Origin: an uncultured bacterium
GTDB taxonomy: Bacteria; Sysuimicrobiota; Sysuimicrobiia; Sysuimicrobiales; Sysuimicrobiaceae
Assembly: GCA_964437095.1 (NCBI GenBank)
Contig: CAYTFH010000001.1
Span: forward strand, 119,072 to 183,071
Reading direction: 5' to 3'
Length of the DNA stretch: 64,000 nucleotides
Shown: piece after piece, positions 38,116 through 47,897 of the stretch
Numbering within the stretch: position 1 is the first letter of the stretch
Layout of the letters: each line of letters starts with the position of its first letter
Program-made: the position numbers and the translations under genes
The notes under the pieces: generated by a model
What the model saw: the letters and a program-made list of their open reading frames with translations, nothing else
Database searches by the model: none
What the model was told of the DNA's origin: nothing

Positions 38116-39359
38116 GGAGGGTCCGCTCCACGGCGTGGCGCGGGGAGGCGGACCACGAACCGGCTCCCGCCCTGCGGCCGGCGTTCCGCGCGCACCGTCC
38201 CGCCGTGGGCCAACACCAGGTGCTTCACCACCGCCAGCCCCAGGCCGCTTCCCCCGCTCTGCCGGCTGCGGGAAGGGTCCGCACGGTAGAAGGGCTCGAA
38301 GACCCGCTCCAGGTCCTCCGCGGGGATTCCGGGGCCCTGGTCCTCCACCGCCAGCTCCGCCCACTCACCCCGGGCGGCCACCACGAGCCGCACGGTGCCC
38401 GCGGGCGGGCTGAACCGCACCGCGTTGTGCACCAGGTTCTGCACCACCTGCCGCACCCGCTGGGGGTCCGCCCACGCCCACACCGGTCCTTCAGCCTCCA
38501 GCTGCGCCCGGAGCTGCCGCTCATCCAGCCACGGCTGCAGCGCCTCCACCACCTCCCGGCACACCGCGGCCAGGTCCACCCGCGACCGCTGCAGGGGCAA
38601 CGCTCCCGCTTGAGCGAGGGTGAGGTCCCGCAGGTCGCTCACGAGGCGGCTCAGCAGGACCGTCTGGGTGTGCAGAGCCGCCACCCGCTCCGGGGTCGGT
38701 TCCGCCACGCCGTCCAGGATGGCCTCCAGGTGGGCCTGCACGTTGGCGAGAGGCGTGCGCAGCTCGTGCGCCACCGCGGCCAAGAACTCCCGCCGCAGGC
38801 GCTCGTCCGCCTCCAAGCGGGCCGCCATGGAGTTGAACGCCTCCGCCACCTCCCCGATCTCCCCTCCCGAGACCCGCACGCGGTAGTCCAGCCGTCCGGA
38901 CGCGATGGCCCGGGCCGCGGCCTGCAGCTCCGCCAGGGGCCGCGCCATGCGGCCGGCCAGCCACAGACCGGCCAGCACCGCCACCCCGGCCGCGGTGAGG
39001 CCGCCCAACCACAGGGACTGGTTGAAGGCCGCGAGGAACTTCCGCTGGGAGGCGCGGAACAGGCGGGCGCTGGGCTTGAGGCTCTGCATCCACAGCTCCC
39101 GTACCTGCGGAGGCTGCTCGGACACCCACGGGACCTCGCCGCGCCGCACCCGCTCCATGTACGCGTGGAACCGTACCGCGGTCAGGTGCTGGGCCCACAG
39201 CCCCACCGCCGCCACCGCCAGCACCGCCACCACCGCAAAGGACAGGGCCAGCTGGGCGCGCAGTCCTTGCAAACGGCCCCACGGCCCGCGGCCCCTGGCG
39301 GTCCCCGCGCCGCCGGGCTGCCGTGCGGTGCCCGGGGGGCCTTCAGGGTTCGGGGCCAT
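38112..39359 (-). CDS. sensor histidine kinase (two TM, HAMP, HisKA, HATPase_c)
   Basis: AAVAHELRTPL H-box; N/G1/G2 boxes (LVHNAVRFS, DQGPGI, GGSGLGLAVV). Confidence 0.85.
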   Translation of the reverse strand: MAPNPEGPPGTARQPGGAGTARGRGPWGRLQGLRAQLALSFAVVAVLAVAAVGLWAQHLTAVRFHAYMERVRRGEVPWVSEQPPQVRELWMQSLKPSARLFRASQRKFLAAFNQSLWLGGLTAAGVAVLAGLWLAGRMARPLAELQAAARAIASGRLDYRVRVSGGEIGEVAEAFNSMAARLEADERLRREFLAAVAHELRTPLANVQAHLEAILDGVAEPTPERVAALHTQTVLLSRLVSDLRDLTLAQAGALPLQRSRVDLAAVCREVVEALQPWLDERQLRAQLEAEGPVWAWADPQRVRQVVQNLVHNAVRFSPPAGTVRLVVAARGEWAELAVEDQGPGIPAEDLERVFEPFYRADPSRSRQSGGSGLGLAVVKHLVLAHGGTVRAERRPQGGSRFVVRLPAPRRGADPP

Positions 39360-40050
39360 GGGTGGGCCTCGCGAACTTGTAGCCGACCCCGTGCACCGTG
39401 AGGATGTAGCGGGGCTGCTGGGGCTCCGGCTCCAGCTTCTGCCGCAGGTTCTTCACGTGCACGTCCACGGTGCGCTCGAACCCCTCGAAGGACTCCCCGT
39501 AGACCCGGTCGATGATCTGCCACCGGGTCAGCACGTGGCCGGGCTGGCTGGCCAGGGCCTCCAGCACCTTCCACTCCGTGGCCGTGAGCTGGACGGCCTT
39601 GCCACCCCTGCGGACCCTCCTGCGGCGGAAGTCCACCACCAGGTCGCCCACCCGCAGGGTCTCCCGCCCGCCCCAGCGCTGCCGCCTCAGCACCGCCCTC
39701 ACCCGCGCCACCAGCTCCCTGGGGCTGAAGGGCTTGGTGACGTAGTCGTCCGCGCCCAGCTCCAGGCCCGCCACCCGGTCCTCCACCGCGTCCCGGGCGG
39801 TGAGCATCACCACCGCGGTGGGTGGCCCTTCCCGGATCCTCCGGCAAACCTCCCAGCCGTCCAGGCCCGGCAGCATCAGGTCCAGGACCACCACGTCCGG
39901 CCGCAGCCGCCCGAACAGCTCCAGGGCCTGCGGGCCGTCGGACGCCAGGGCCACGTGGAAGCCGTCCCGCTCCAGGTACTGCTGCACCAGCCGCGCGATG
40001 TCGGGCTCGTCCTCCACCACCAGGGCGGTGGCCACAGGGGCCTTCTTCAC
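39343..40050 (-). CDS. OmpR/PhoB-family response regulator
   Basis: ALVVEDEPDIA...VVLDLMLPGLDG receiver; winged-helix C-terminus ...YILTVHGVGYKF. Confidence 0.85.
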   Translation of the reverse strand: MKKAPVATALVVEDEPDIARLVQQYLERDGFHVALASDGPQALELFGRLRPDVVVLDLMLPGLDGWEVCRRIREGPPTAVVMLTARDAVEDRVAGLELGADDYVTKPFSPRELVARVRAVLRRQRWGGRETLRVGDLVVDFRRRRVRRGGKAVQLTATEWKVLEALASQPGHVLTRWQIIDRVYGESFEGFERTVDVHVKNLRQKLEPEPQQPRYILTVHGVGYKFARPTHGPEP

Positions 40051-41018
40051 GGCCGGACTCCCAGGACCACGTCCACCTCCCACACCCCCCCGCCCCTCAC
40101 CACCCGCACCCGCACCCGGTCCCCGGGTTGGTGTTCTGCGAGGAGGGCCAGAAGATCCTCCATGGTGTCCACGGGCCGACCGTTCACGGCCACGATGACG
40201 TCCCCCGGGATGCCGTTGGCGGAGTCCGGCCGCAGCCCTGCCCGGTCCGCGGGCGCCTCCGGGACCACGTCCACCACCAGCACTCCCCGCTGCACCGAAA
40301 GTCCCCTTTCCCGCGCCAGCTCCGGGGTAACGGTGGTGCCGACGATGCCGAGCCACGCCCGCTCGATCCGCGCCCCCGCCATGAGGCTGGGGAGCGCCTG
40401 CGCCACCGCGGCGCTGCTCACCGCCAGCCCGCCCTCTGCGCCGGGACGGGCGGACACCGCCACCACCACGCCGATCACCTCGCCGCGGCTGTTCAGCACG
40501 GGCCCTCCCGAGCTGCCGGGGGCCACCAGGGCGCTCACGCGGATGAGGATGCCCGGCACCAGGCCCGGCAGGGTGAGCCCCACGTCCAGCAGGACGCCCG
40601 TGGTGAGCACCTTCGGTCGGCCCCGCGGGTTTCCGATCACCGCCACGGGCTCTCCCACCTGCAGGGCAACAGGCTCCGCCAACCGCAGGAAGGGCAGGTC
40701 TCGTGCGTCTACCCGCAGCAGGGCCACGTCGCGGCGGGCGTCGTAACCCACCACCCGGGCGGGGTGGCGCCTGCCGATCTCCAGCTCCACCGTCACCCGC
40801 TCCGCGCGCCGAACCACGTGGGCCGCGGTCACCAACAGACCGTCCCGCGCCACCGCGAAGGCGCTGCCCGTGCCCTGCCGGTCGTCCTGGACGGTGCGGA
40901 CCAGGCCCACCGCCGGCGCCGCCCGCTCGTACAGGGCCTGAGGGGAGAAGGCCTGGGAGGCCGCCGCAGAGGCGGCGGCCAGCACCGCCACCGCAGCGAG
41001 GAGCACCGCCCGCTTCAT
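40047..41018 (-). CDS. htrA: secreted trypsin-like serine protease with PDZ domain (HtrA/DegP family)
   Basis: Signal peptide, catalytic triad context (TAAHVV, DVALLRV, GSSGGPV), C-terminal PDZ. Confidence 0.8.
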   Translation of the reverse strand: MKRAVLLAAVAVLAAASAAASQAFSPQALYERAAPAVGLVRTVQDDRQGTGSAFAVARDGLLVTAAHVVRRAERVTVELEIGRRHPARVVGYDARRDVALLRVDARDLPFLRLAEPVALQVGEPVAVIGNPRGRPKVLTTGVLLDVGLTLPGLVPGILIRVSALVAPGSSGGPVLNSRGEVIGVVVAVSARPGAEGGLAVSSAAVAQALPSLMAGARIERAWLGIVGTTVTPELARERGLSVQRGVLVVDVVPEAPADRAGLRPDSANGIPGDVIVAVNGRPVDTMEDLLALLAEHQPGDRVRVRVVRGGGVWEVDVVLGVRP

Positions 41019-41500
41019 AGGTACGCCAGCAGCCGGCCGCACGCTACCGCGGCCACCCACACCACCAGAGATACCGCCCCCGCCAGGCGGGCCGCCAGGG
41101 GAGGCCGGCCCACGTCCCAGGAGTCCACGGACCGGTACACGCCGCGGTGGAAGGCCCACACGTTCAGCCCGCCCGCGGCCACCAAACTCATCTTCACGGG
41201 GAACAGGGGGTTCTCCCACCACTGCGACGCGTGGGCGACGAACATGGGGATCCCGGTGCCCACCACCAGGACGAACCCGCGCCACGCCCACGGGAGGAGG
41301 TGCACCGCCAGCTTCCGGACGGGCACGTGAGGGGAAAGCCCCAGCAGCCGCAGGTCGAAGGCCACCGCGGACCCCACGAGCAGAACCACGCCCACCACGT
41401 GGCCCACCTCCACCGCGGGGTATGCCCACAGGGCCTGCCGCATCCACACCGCGAAGGGCGTGCGCTCCAACTCCGCGGCCCAGCCGGTGCCGTGGCTCAC
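41015..41500 (-). CDS. hypothetical integral membrane protein
   Basis: Five hydrophobic helices; GTG overlaps the stop of the upstream small secreted protein. Confidence 0.4.
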   Translation of the reverse strand: MSHGTGWAAELERTPFAVWMRQALWAYPAVEVGHVVGVVLLVGSAVAFDLRLLGLSPHVPVRKLAVHLLPWAWRGFVLVVGTGIPMFVAHASQWWENPLFPVKMSLVAAGGLNVWAFHRGVYRSVDSWDVGRPPLAARLAGAVSLVVWVAAVACGRLLAYL

Positions 41501-41853
41501 CGCAGCCGGAAGGTACGCCCGCCCACGGTCAGCCGGACCGCCCGCAGCTCGCCGGCCTGCTGCCGGTGCGGGTGGCCCGTGGCCACCACCGCCAGTCCGG
41601 CCCGCAGCAGTTGAGGAGTGAGACCCATGCCCACCGCGCGGGTGGGTGGCGGCAGGACCACCAGCCACACGCGGTCCTCCCCCCGCACCCGCAGGGTGGC
41701 GTGGGGGTGCTCGAAACTCACCTCCTCTGCGGGCCCTGAGACGGTCACCGTCTGGTCCTCGTCGTACCAGGACCACCCGTGGTGGGCGTCCGCCAGGCCC
41801 GTAGAGACCAGCACCGCGAGCGCCAGCCAGCTGGCGACCACCGTTCCCCTCAT
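41497..41853 (-). CDS. small secreted hypothetical protein (signal peptide, His-rich N-terminus)
   Basis: Strong SD GGGGGAGGAG + ATG; MRGTVVASWLALAVLVSTGLADAHHGWSW. Confidence 0.5.
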   Translation of the reverse strand: MRGTVVASWLALAVLVSTGLADAHHGWSWYDEDQTVTVSGPAEEVSFEHPHATLRVRGEDRVWLVVLPPPTRAVGMGLTPQLLRAGLAVVATGHPHRQQAGELRAVRLTVGGRTFRLR

Positions 41854-41964
41854 TCCCTGCTCCTCCCCCCTCCGCCCCCAGCATCCGCGGGGCTCGTCAC
41901 CCGACTGTGAAGCCCAAGGAGCGTATCCGGGAACCCCTCCCGACTCTGGGAGAAACCGGGCTGC

Positions 41965-42660
41965 CTAGTGCAGGTCGTCCAGGCCGCTGCGCCGCATCAG
42001 CCTGCGGAACTCGCGCCGGCGCCGCCAGCGCCGGTAGGCGGCCCAAGGGTCGGGAAGGCGTACGGCGCGCGGACCGCGGAACCCGTAGCGGCCCCCGGAA
42101 GCGTACCACCAGGCCACCCCGCAGCCCGCCAGGGCGAAGACACCCAGGGGGAAGGGGAACGAGAAGAACACCAAAGCCGCGGCCAGCCAGCCCATCCACC
42201 GACCCTCCACGGGGACGGCGAAGTACACCAGGAGCCGCTGCCCCGGGTGGATCACCGACCACGCCACCGCGCACGCGGCCACGGGCAGCCACAGGCCCGA
42301 AAGTCCCGAGTCACGCCCCACCAGGCCCTGTGCCACCCACAGGCTCAAGGCCGGCGCGGGTGTGGTCAACAGCAGGAACCGGACGTAGTCGCGAACCAGC
42401 CAGGCTCGCTCCAGGCTCCCCCCGAACAGCCACAGGGCGTAGCTGGACAGGAGCAGGGACACCACCGAGCCGCTTCCGTCCAGGGCGTACGTGAGCACGG
42501 TCCACGGCCACCTGGGGAAGGCGTACGAGAAGAACGCGAGCGGCAGGGGAAACCCGAGGAAGGAGGCGAGGAAGGTCCCCGCGTTGGCCGCCATCAGCCC
42601 CCACGTCACCGGGCAATTGCCGGGCAAGGATGCCCACCCCCTCCAGGTGAAGCCCCTCAT
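41965..42660 (-). CDS. rhomboid-family intramembrane serine protease
   Basis: Six TM helices; GLSGL (GxSG) active-site Ser, downstream His in a TM segment. Confidence 0.65.
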   Translation of the reverse strand: MRGFTWRGWASLPGNCPVTWGLMAANAGTFLASFLGFPLPLAFFSYAFPRWPWTVLTYALDGSGSVVSLLLSSYALWLFGGSLERAWLVRDYVRFLLLTTPAPALSLWVAQGLVGRDSGLSGLWLPVAACAVAWSVIHPGQRLLVYFAVPVEGRWMGWLAAALVFFSFPFPLGVFALAGCGVAWWYASGGRYGFRGPRAVRLPDPWAAYRRWRRRREFRRLMRRSGLDDLH

Positions 42661-43091
42661 AGCTCTCCCCGGGCCCGGAGGAGGCGGTGCACCACCGCCA
42701 TGCAGGCGTCCATCACCACCCGCAGGCCCGCCTCCCGGGCCCGCCGGGCCGCCTCCTCGTGCCGCACGCCCAGCTGCATCCACACCGCCCGGGCCCCCAC
42801 GGCCAGGGCCTCCTCCACCACCGCGGGCACGTGCTCGCTCCTGCGGAACACCTGCACCACGTCCACGGGACCAGGGACGTCCCGGAGCCTCGGGTAGCTG
42901 CGCAGCCCCAGGACTTCCCGCACGTGGGGGTTCACGGGCACGATCTCGTAGCCTTGATCCCGCAGGTACCGCGCCACCCCGTGGCTGGGCCGGTGCGGCT
43001 TGTCCGAAAGGCCCACCACCGCGATCCTGCGCGCGGACCGCAGGATGGCCCTGGCTTCTTCCAACAGTACCACGTCCGCCTCCCGAGCCAT
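42657..43091 (-). CDS. CoA-binding domain protein (YccU-like)
   Basis: RRIAVVGLSDKPHRPSHGVARYLRDQGYEIVPVNP matches the CoA_binding_2 pattern. Confidence 0.65.
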   Translation of the reverse strand: MAREADVVLLEEARAILRSARRIAVVGLSDKPHRPSHGVARYLRDQGYEIVPVNPHVREVLGLRSYPRLRDVPGPVDVVQVFRRSEHVPAVVEEALAVGARAVWMQLGVRHEEAARRAREAGLRVVMDACMAVVHRLLRARGEL

Positions 43092-43099
43092 GGGTCTCC

Positions 43100-43582
43100 T
43101 CACCCGCGGTCTTCCGGCCGGTCCAACGGCCGGGGAACCACGGCCATTCCCTGCGCGCACTCCCGCACCAGGGTTTCCAGGACCTCGCGGGCCCGCTCCA
43201 CGTCCGACTCCCGGACCAGGAGGTGGTCGCGGTGGAAGGTGGAGATCACGGACACGGGAACGCCCGCCTCCGCCAGCCGCTGCGTCACTACCTTCAGGTA
43301 CCCCACCACCTCCAAGTCCAGCTCCACGTCCAGGGTGACCATGCGGTACCCGCGCTCCACCGCCCGCGCCCGCAGCCCTTTGCCCGCCCGGTCCCACTCC
43401 ACCTCCCGGCAGACCAGGGACACCTCCTGCGGGGTGAAGGTGAGGCAGAAGGGCGAGTGGAACTGGTCCGCCCGGCGCTGCAACCGCCCCCGCTCGGAGG
43501 GCGGCAGGCTCACCACCACCAGGGGCTCGGGCTGCAGCACCACCCGCATCCGGGCCAGGACTTCGGCCAGCTTGGGGTCCAT
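43100..43582 (-). CDS. ACT-domain-containing protein
   Basis: ~160 aa with ACT-like beta-alpha-beta-beta-alpha-beta pattern; overlaps the stop of the upstream PLP enzyme (TGATG). Confidence 0.45.
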   Translation of the reverse strand: MDPKLAEVLARMRVVLQPEPLVVVSLPPSERGRLQRRADQFHSPFCLTFTPQEVSLVCREVEWDRAGKGLRARAVERGYRMVTLDVELDLEVVGYLKVVTQRLAEAGVPVSVISTFHRDHLLVRESDVERAREVLETLVRECAQGMAVVPRPLDRPEDRG

Positions 43583-44748
43583 CACGCCAGAGCCTGCTGC
43601 AGGTCCTCCAACAGGTCCTCGGGGTCCTCGATGCCCACCGCGATGCGGATGAGGCCGTCGGAGATCCCCGCCCGAAGGCGTTCCTCCCGGGGCACGTGCA
43701 CGTGGGTGGTGCTGGCCGCGTGGGTCACCAGGGTGTGCACCCCGCCCAGGCTCACCGCCAGCTTCATCCACCGCAGGCGTTCCACCACCCGCCGGCCCGC
43801 CTCCAGCCCGCCGGCGACCTCGAAGCTCAGCACGCCGCCGAACCCCCGCATCTGCCGGCGCGCCACCTCGTGCCCCGGGTGGTCCGAAAGCCCCGGGTAG
43901 TACACCCGCTGCACCCCGGGATGGTCCCGTAGGAACTCCGCCAGCCGCTGGGCGGTGGCGTTCTGCCGCTCGACGCGGAGGCCCAGGGTCTGAACCCCCG
44001 TGAGGAGGAGCCACGCGGAGAAGGGGTCCGCACACCCGCCCACCACCCGAAGCTGCTCCCTCCACGCGGGCAACCACCGCTCGGAGCCCGCCACCGCTCC
44101 CAGGACGAGGTGGTGGTGGCCTCCCAGGTACTTGGTGGCGCTGTGCACCACCACGTCCACGCCCAGCTCCAGGGGCTGCGTGTTGTACGGCGTGGCGAAG
44201 GTGTTGTCCGCCACGCACACCGCCCCGGCCGCGTGGCTCACCTCCACCACCGCCCGGAGGTCGGTCACCGTGAGCACGGGGTTGGCGGGAGTCTCTACGT
44301 ACACCAGGCGGGTGTTGGGGCGCATGGCCCGCGCGAAGTTGTCGGGGGCCGTGGGGTCCACGAAGGTGGTCTGTACCCCGAACCGCGGTAAGGTCTTTTG
44401 GAACAGCTCGAAGGTGCCGGAGTACACGCAGTCCGCACACACCACGTGGTCCCCCGATCCCACCGCGGACAGCACCGCCACCGCCACCGCGGCCATGCCG
44501 GAGGAGGTGAGCACGCAGGCCTGTGCACCCTCCAGGGCCGCCACGCGCTGCTCCGCCAGCCGCACCGTGGGGTTCCCCCAGCGGGTGTAGAACGCCTCCG
44601 AGTAGGAGCTGGCCCTCCGGGCGCCCTCCTCCACGGTGGGAAAGGCAAAGGTAGACGTCTGGTAGATGGGCGGCGAGACGGCCCCGTACGGGTCCTGCAG
44701 TTCGCCGGCATGGGCCGCGAGCGTGTTGAATCCAGGCTTCCTGGACAC
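43582..44748 (-). CDS. Cys/Met-metabolism PLP-dependent enzyme (O-acetylhomoserine sulfhydrylase / cystathionine gamma-synthase family)
   Basis: SRKPGFNTLAAHAG...SATKYLGGHHHLV (PLP-Lys)...; SD GAGGAGGGG + GTG. Confidence 0.8.
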   Translation of the reverse strand: MSRKPGFNTLAAHAGELQDPYGAVSPPIYQTSTFAFPTVEEGARRASSYSEAFYTRWGNPTVRLAEQRVAALEGAQACVLTSSGMAAVAVAVLSAVGSGDHVVCADCVYSGTFELFQKTLPRFGVQTTFVDPTAPDNFARAMRPNTRLVYVETPANPVLTVTDLRAVVEVSHAAGAVCVADNTFATPYNTQPLELGVDVVVHSATKYLGGHHHLVLGAVAGSERWLPAWREQLRVVGGCADPFSAWLLLTGVQTLGLRVERQNATAQRLAEFLRDHPGVQRVYYPGLSDHPGHEVARRQMRGFGGVLSFEVAGGLEAGRRVVERLRWMKLAVSLGGVHTLVTHAASTTHVHVPREERLRAGISDGLIRIAVGIEDPEDLLEDLQQALA

Positions 44749-44797
44749 CACCTTCCCCTCCTCAACCACCCCGGTCTCCTCCTTCTCGGACACCCTC

Positions 44798-45676
44798 CTA
44801 CCGTCCGGCCACCTCCACCGCGGCGCGGGGGGAGCCCAACTGCGCCACGCTGATGCCCGCGAGGATGAGGACCGCGCCGGCCGCCTGCGCCGGCGTGAGC
44901 ACTTCTCCCAGCCACCAACGGGCCACCAACGCCGCGGCCACAGGCTCCGCGGTGAACACCAAGCCCACGTGGGTGGGCGGGGTGAACCGCTGCGCCCACG
45001 ACTGCACGGAGAACGCGACCGCGCTCGCCACCAGCCCCATGGCGGCCACCGCGCCCCACACCGTCCACCCCACCCCCGCGGGGGGTGTCTCCGCCGCCGC
45101 CAACCCGCCCAGCACCGCGGTGACCGTGGCCATCTGGAGGGCCCCCAGGGCCAAGGGCGGGAGGTGGGAGGTGGCCACGTCCACGAGGAGGATGTGCAGG
45201 GCGAAGCTGGCCGCACACCCCACCAGCAGTACCTCAGCCCTCCCCATCCCGGCGACCCCGCCCGTCAGCAGGGCTAGGCCCGCGGTACCCGAAGCCACCC
45301 CCAACCACTCCCACCGCGTGGGCCTCCGGCCTGCCAGGGATGCCAGCACGGGAGTCAGGACCACGAACAGGCCAGTGATGAAGGCGGCGTTGGTGGCGGG
45401 CGAGGTCAGCAGGGCTAGGGTCTGGAGGCCGTACCCCGCGGCGAGGGCCAGCCCCGCCAGGCCGCCCCACACCCAGACCCGGGCACGCAACCGCGACAGC
45501 TCCGTCCAGGCGAAGGGGGCGAGCGCGCAGGAAGCCACCGCGAACCGGACCGCCAGGTACCAGAAGGGCGGTACCTCTTCCAGGATCCGCTTAGCCAGGG
45601 GGAAGGTGGTCCCCCAAACCGCGGCCACCCCGATCAGGGCCAGGTCCGCCAGGAGTCTGCGTAGGGCTGCGGGCAC
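44798..45676 (-). CDS. EamA/DMT-family transporter
   Basis: Ten TM helices, two EamA repeats. Confidence 0.65.
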   Translation of the reverse strand: MPAALRRLLADLALIGVAAVWGTTFPLAKRILEEVPPFWYLAVRFAVASCALAPFAWTELSRLRARVWVWGGLAGLALAAGYGLQTLALLTSPATNAAFITGLFVVLTPVLASLAGRRPTRWEWLGVASGTAGLALLTGGVAGMGRAEVLLVGCAASFALHILLVDVATSHLPPLALGALQMATVTAVLGGLAAAETPPAGVGWTVWGAVAAMGLVASAVAFSVQSWAQRFTPPTHVGLVFTAEPVAAALVARWWLGEVLTPAQAAGAVLILAGISVAQLGSPRAAVEVAGR

Positions 45677-45717
45677 GGCACCAGGATACCGCGCCCCGGG
45701 TCGAGTACAGTAGGACC

Positions 45718-46560
45718 GTGCGGTTCGGCGCCCACGTGTCCATCCGCGGACACATCTACGAGGCCGCGGACCGGGCGGCCCGGCTGGGGTGCGAGTGCCT
45801 GCAGATCTTCGTGGGCAGCCCCCGCACCTGGCGTGCGGTCCCATACGCCGCGGACGATCTCCGGGAGCTGCGGCGGCGGTGCCGCGCCTACGGACTTCGG
45901 CCCCTGGTGGCCCACGCCGCCTACCTGGTGAATTTGGCCGCGGAGGGCGACGTCTACGAGAAGTCCGTCGTCCACCTGGCCCACGCCCTTCGGACCGTGG
46001 AAGAAGCCGGCGGGTTGGGGGTGGTCACTCACCTGGGGAGCCGCGGGCACCTGCCTTTGCCGCAGGCCGTGCAGCGGGTGGCGCGGGCGGTGCGGCGCTC
46101 CCTGGAGGCGTGCCAGCGCGCGTGGGTGTTGCTGGAGGGGAGTGCGGGCCGAACCCTGGGAGGGACGTTCGAGGAGCTGCGCATGGTCCTGGACGCCATG
46201 GACGGACACCCTCGGGTGGGGGTCTGTCTGGATACCGCGCACCTGTTCGCCACGGGTTGGGACCTCCGGACTCCGGAAGGTGTGGACGTCACCCTGTCCG
46301 CGTTCGACGAGTGCGTGGGGCTCAGCCGGCTGAAGCTGGTGCACCTGAACGACTCCCGGGCGGAGCTGGGGAGTGGGGTGGACCGGCACGAGAACATCGG
46401 CCAGGGACGCATCGGCCTCGAGGGATTCGCCGCGTGGGTCCAGCACCCCAGGCTCCGCAGGCTGGCGGGGGTCATCGAGACCCCGGGGTTCGACCGCCGG
46501 GGCCCGGACAGGGCCAACCTGCGGCGGCTGTTCGCCCTGCGGGACGGAGGATCCAGGTGA
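45718..46560 (+). CDS. nfo: endonuclease IV (AP endonuclease family 2)
   Basis: Endonuclease IV metal-ligand context: HAAYLVNLA...VVTHLGS...LDTAHLFATG...VHLNDS. Confidence 0.85.
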   Translation: MRFGAHVSIRGHIYEAADRAARLGCECLQIFVGSPRTWRAVPYAADDLRELRRRCRAYGLRPLVAHAAYLVNLAAEGDVYEKSVVHLAHALRTVEEAGGLGVVTHLGSRGHLPLPQAVQRVARAVRRSLEACQRAWVLLEGSAGRTLGGTFEELRMVLDAMDGHPRVGVCLDTAHLFATGWDLRTPEGVDVTLSAFDECVGLSRLKLVHLNDSRAELGSGVDRHENIGQGRIGLEGFAAWVQHPRLRRLAGVIETPGFDRRGPDRANLRRLFALRDGGSR

Positions 46561-46793
46561 GCCCCATCCGCTGTGCGTACCACCCGGACCGGGACGCCCT
46601 CCACTACTGCAACCGGTGCGGCAAGCCCGTGTGCAGCGGGTGCGTGGTGCGGGCCGCGGCGGGGAACCTGTGCCGGTCCTGCGCGGAAGGAGCGTCCCGC
46701 CCTGCCCGAGGGCGGTCGGTGCAGACCTGGATGTGGGTGGCCGCGGGCGCCGTCCTCCTGCTGCTGTGGCTGCTGCCGCGGCTGGCGCGCTGA
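46557..46793 (+). CDS. small zinc-ribbon protein with C-terminal TM helix
   Basis: GTG overlaps the nfo TGA. CAYHPDRDALHYCNRCGKPVCSGC...CRSC, then WMWVAAGAVLLLLWLL. Confidence 0.45.
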   Translation: MSPIRCAYHPDRDALHYCNRCGKPVCSGCVVRAAAGNLCRSCAEGASRPARGRSVQTWMWVAAGAVLLLLWLLPRLAR

Positions 46794-46808
46794 ATTCCCG
46801 GTGGCACC

Positions 46809-47897
46809 TCAGTCGCGATCCACGAGCCAGGCCGCCACGGCCATCAGGCCGCACGCAGCCAGAGCGGAGGACACCACCGTGGTGAAGCCGTCCCAGAGCT
46901 CCGGTGGGCCGTGGACCGCCTGCTGGGCCAACAGGAAGGCGTTGAGGACGGGGACGTACGGTGCCGGAACCCAGCCTCGTGCTGCGTCCGCCCCGGAGGC
47001 CGTGGCCAGCGCCGCCAGATACAGGGGCAGAGACCACTGGTTGGCCTCCCGGGCGCTGCGGCTCGCGAGCCCCACCACCAGCGCCGCCGCGGCGGCCACC
47101 GCGCTGGCGCTCGCCGCGGACGCCATTAGACCCGCCCCCTGCGCCCATCCCAACGACAGATTCCTGGAAAACGCCAACTGCGCCGCCATCCCCAAGGAAG
47201 CGAGGGCAACACCCGCGGCCCAGCACGCCACCCACTTCCCCCCCACCAGCTGCAGCCTGGCTACGGGCGCGGAGCGCAGGACGTCCCACGTGCCCCGCTC
47301 CTTCTCGCCCGCGGTGAGGTCCGCGGCTACCAGGGCGGCACCCGCGAAGCTCCACACCACCGCGAACAGCGGGATGGCCATGCCCGCCCACCCGCCATCC
47401 CCCGGTACCGTTTCTTCCCGAAGCCGCACGGGAGTCAGCGCCTCGCGGTCCAGCCCGCGCGCGTGCAGGGTGCGGTCCACCAGGGGCAGGGTGTACCGCG
47501 CCACCAGCTGCACCACCTTCTGCCGGGCCAACAGCCCCTCGGGGTCGTCGCTGCGGTACCGCAGCACCACCTCCGCACCGCCACGCTCCGCTCGCCGGTC
47601 CAAATCCTCCGGCACTTCCAGGATCGCAGCCACCCGCCCGGTCCTGAGGGCCCCGCCGGGGTCGGGAACCCGCACGGGATCCAGGAGGCCTTCCGCGTGG
47701 CGCAACAGGGAGTGCGCGTCCCGGCCCACCACGGCTACCCGGGCGGGAGCGTGGAGCCGGCGGGTGGTGTTGGCCTCCAGCAAAAGCGAAATGGCGGGTA
47801 CGGCCAGGACGGGCAGCAAGAACCCCAGCACCAGAGCCCGGCGGTCCCGCGCTAGGTCCACGAGTTCTTTGGTCGCCACCGCCCAAAGGGGTCTCAA
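46809..47897 (-). CDS. ABC-2 type transporter permease
   Basis: Six TM ABC-2 permease topology; TTG overlaps the ATPase stop (TTGA). Confidence 0.6.
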   Translation of the reverse strand: MRPLWAVATKELVDLARDRRALVLGFLLPVLAVPAISLLLEANTTRRLHAPARVAVVGRDAHSLLRHAEGLLDPVRVPDPGGALRTGRVAAILEVPEDLDRRAERGGAEVVLRYRSDDPEGLLARQKVVQLVARYTLPLVDRTLHARGLDREALTPVRLREETVPGDGGWAGMAIPLFAVVWSFAGAALVAADLTAGEKERGTWDVLRSAPVARLQLVGGKWVACWAAGVALASLGMAAQLAFSRNLSLGWAQGAGLMASAASASAVAAAAALVVGLASRSAREANQWSLPLYLAALATASGADAARGWVPAPYVPVLNAFLLAQQAVHGPPELWDGFTTVVSSALAACGLMAVAAWLVDRD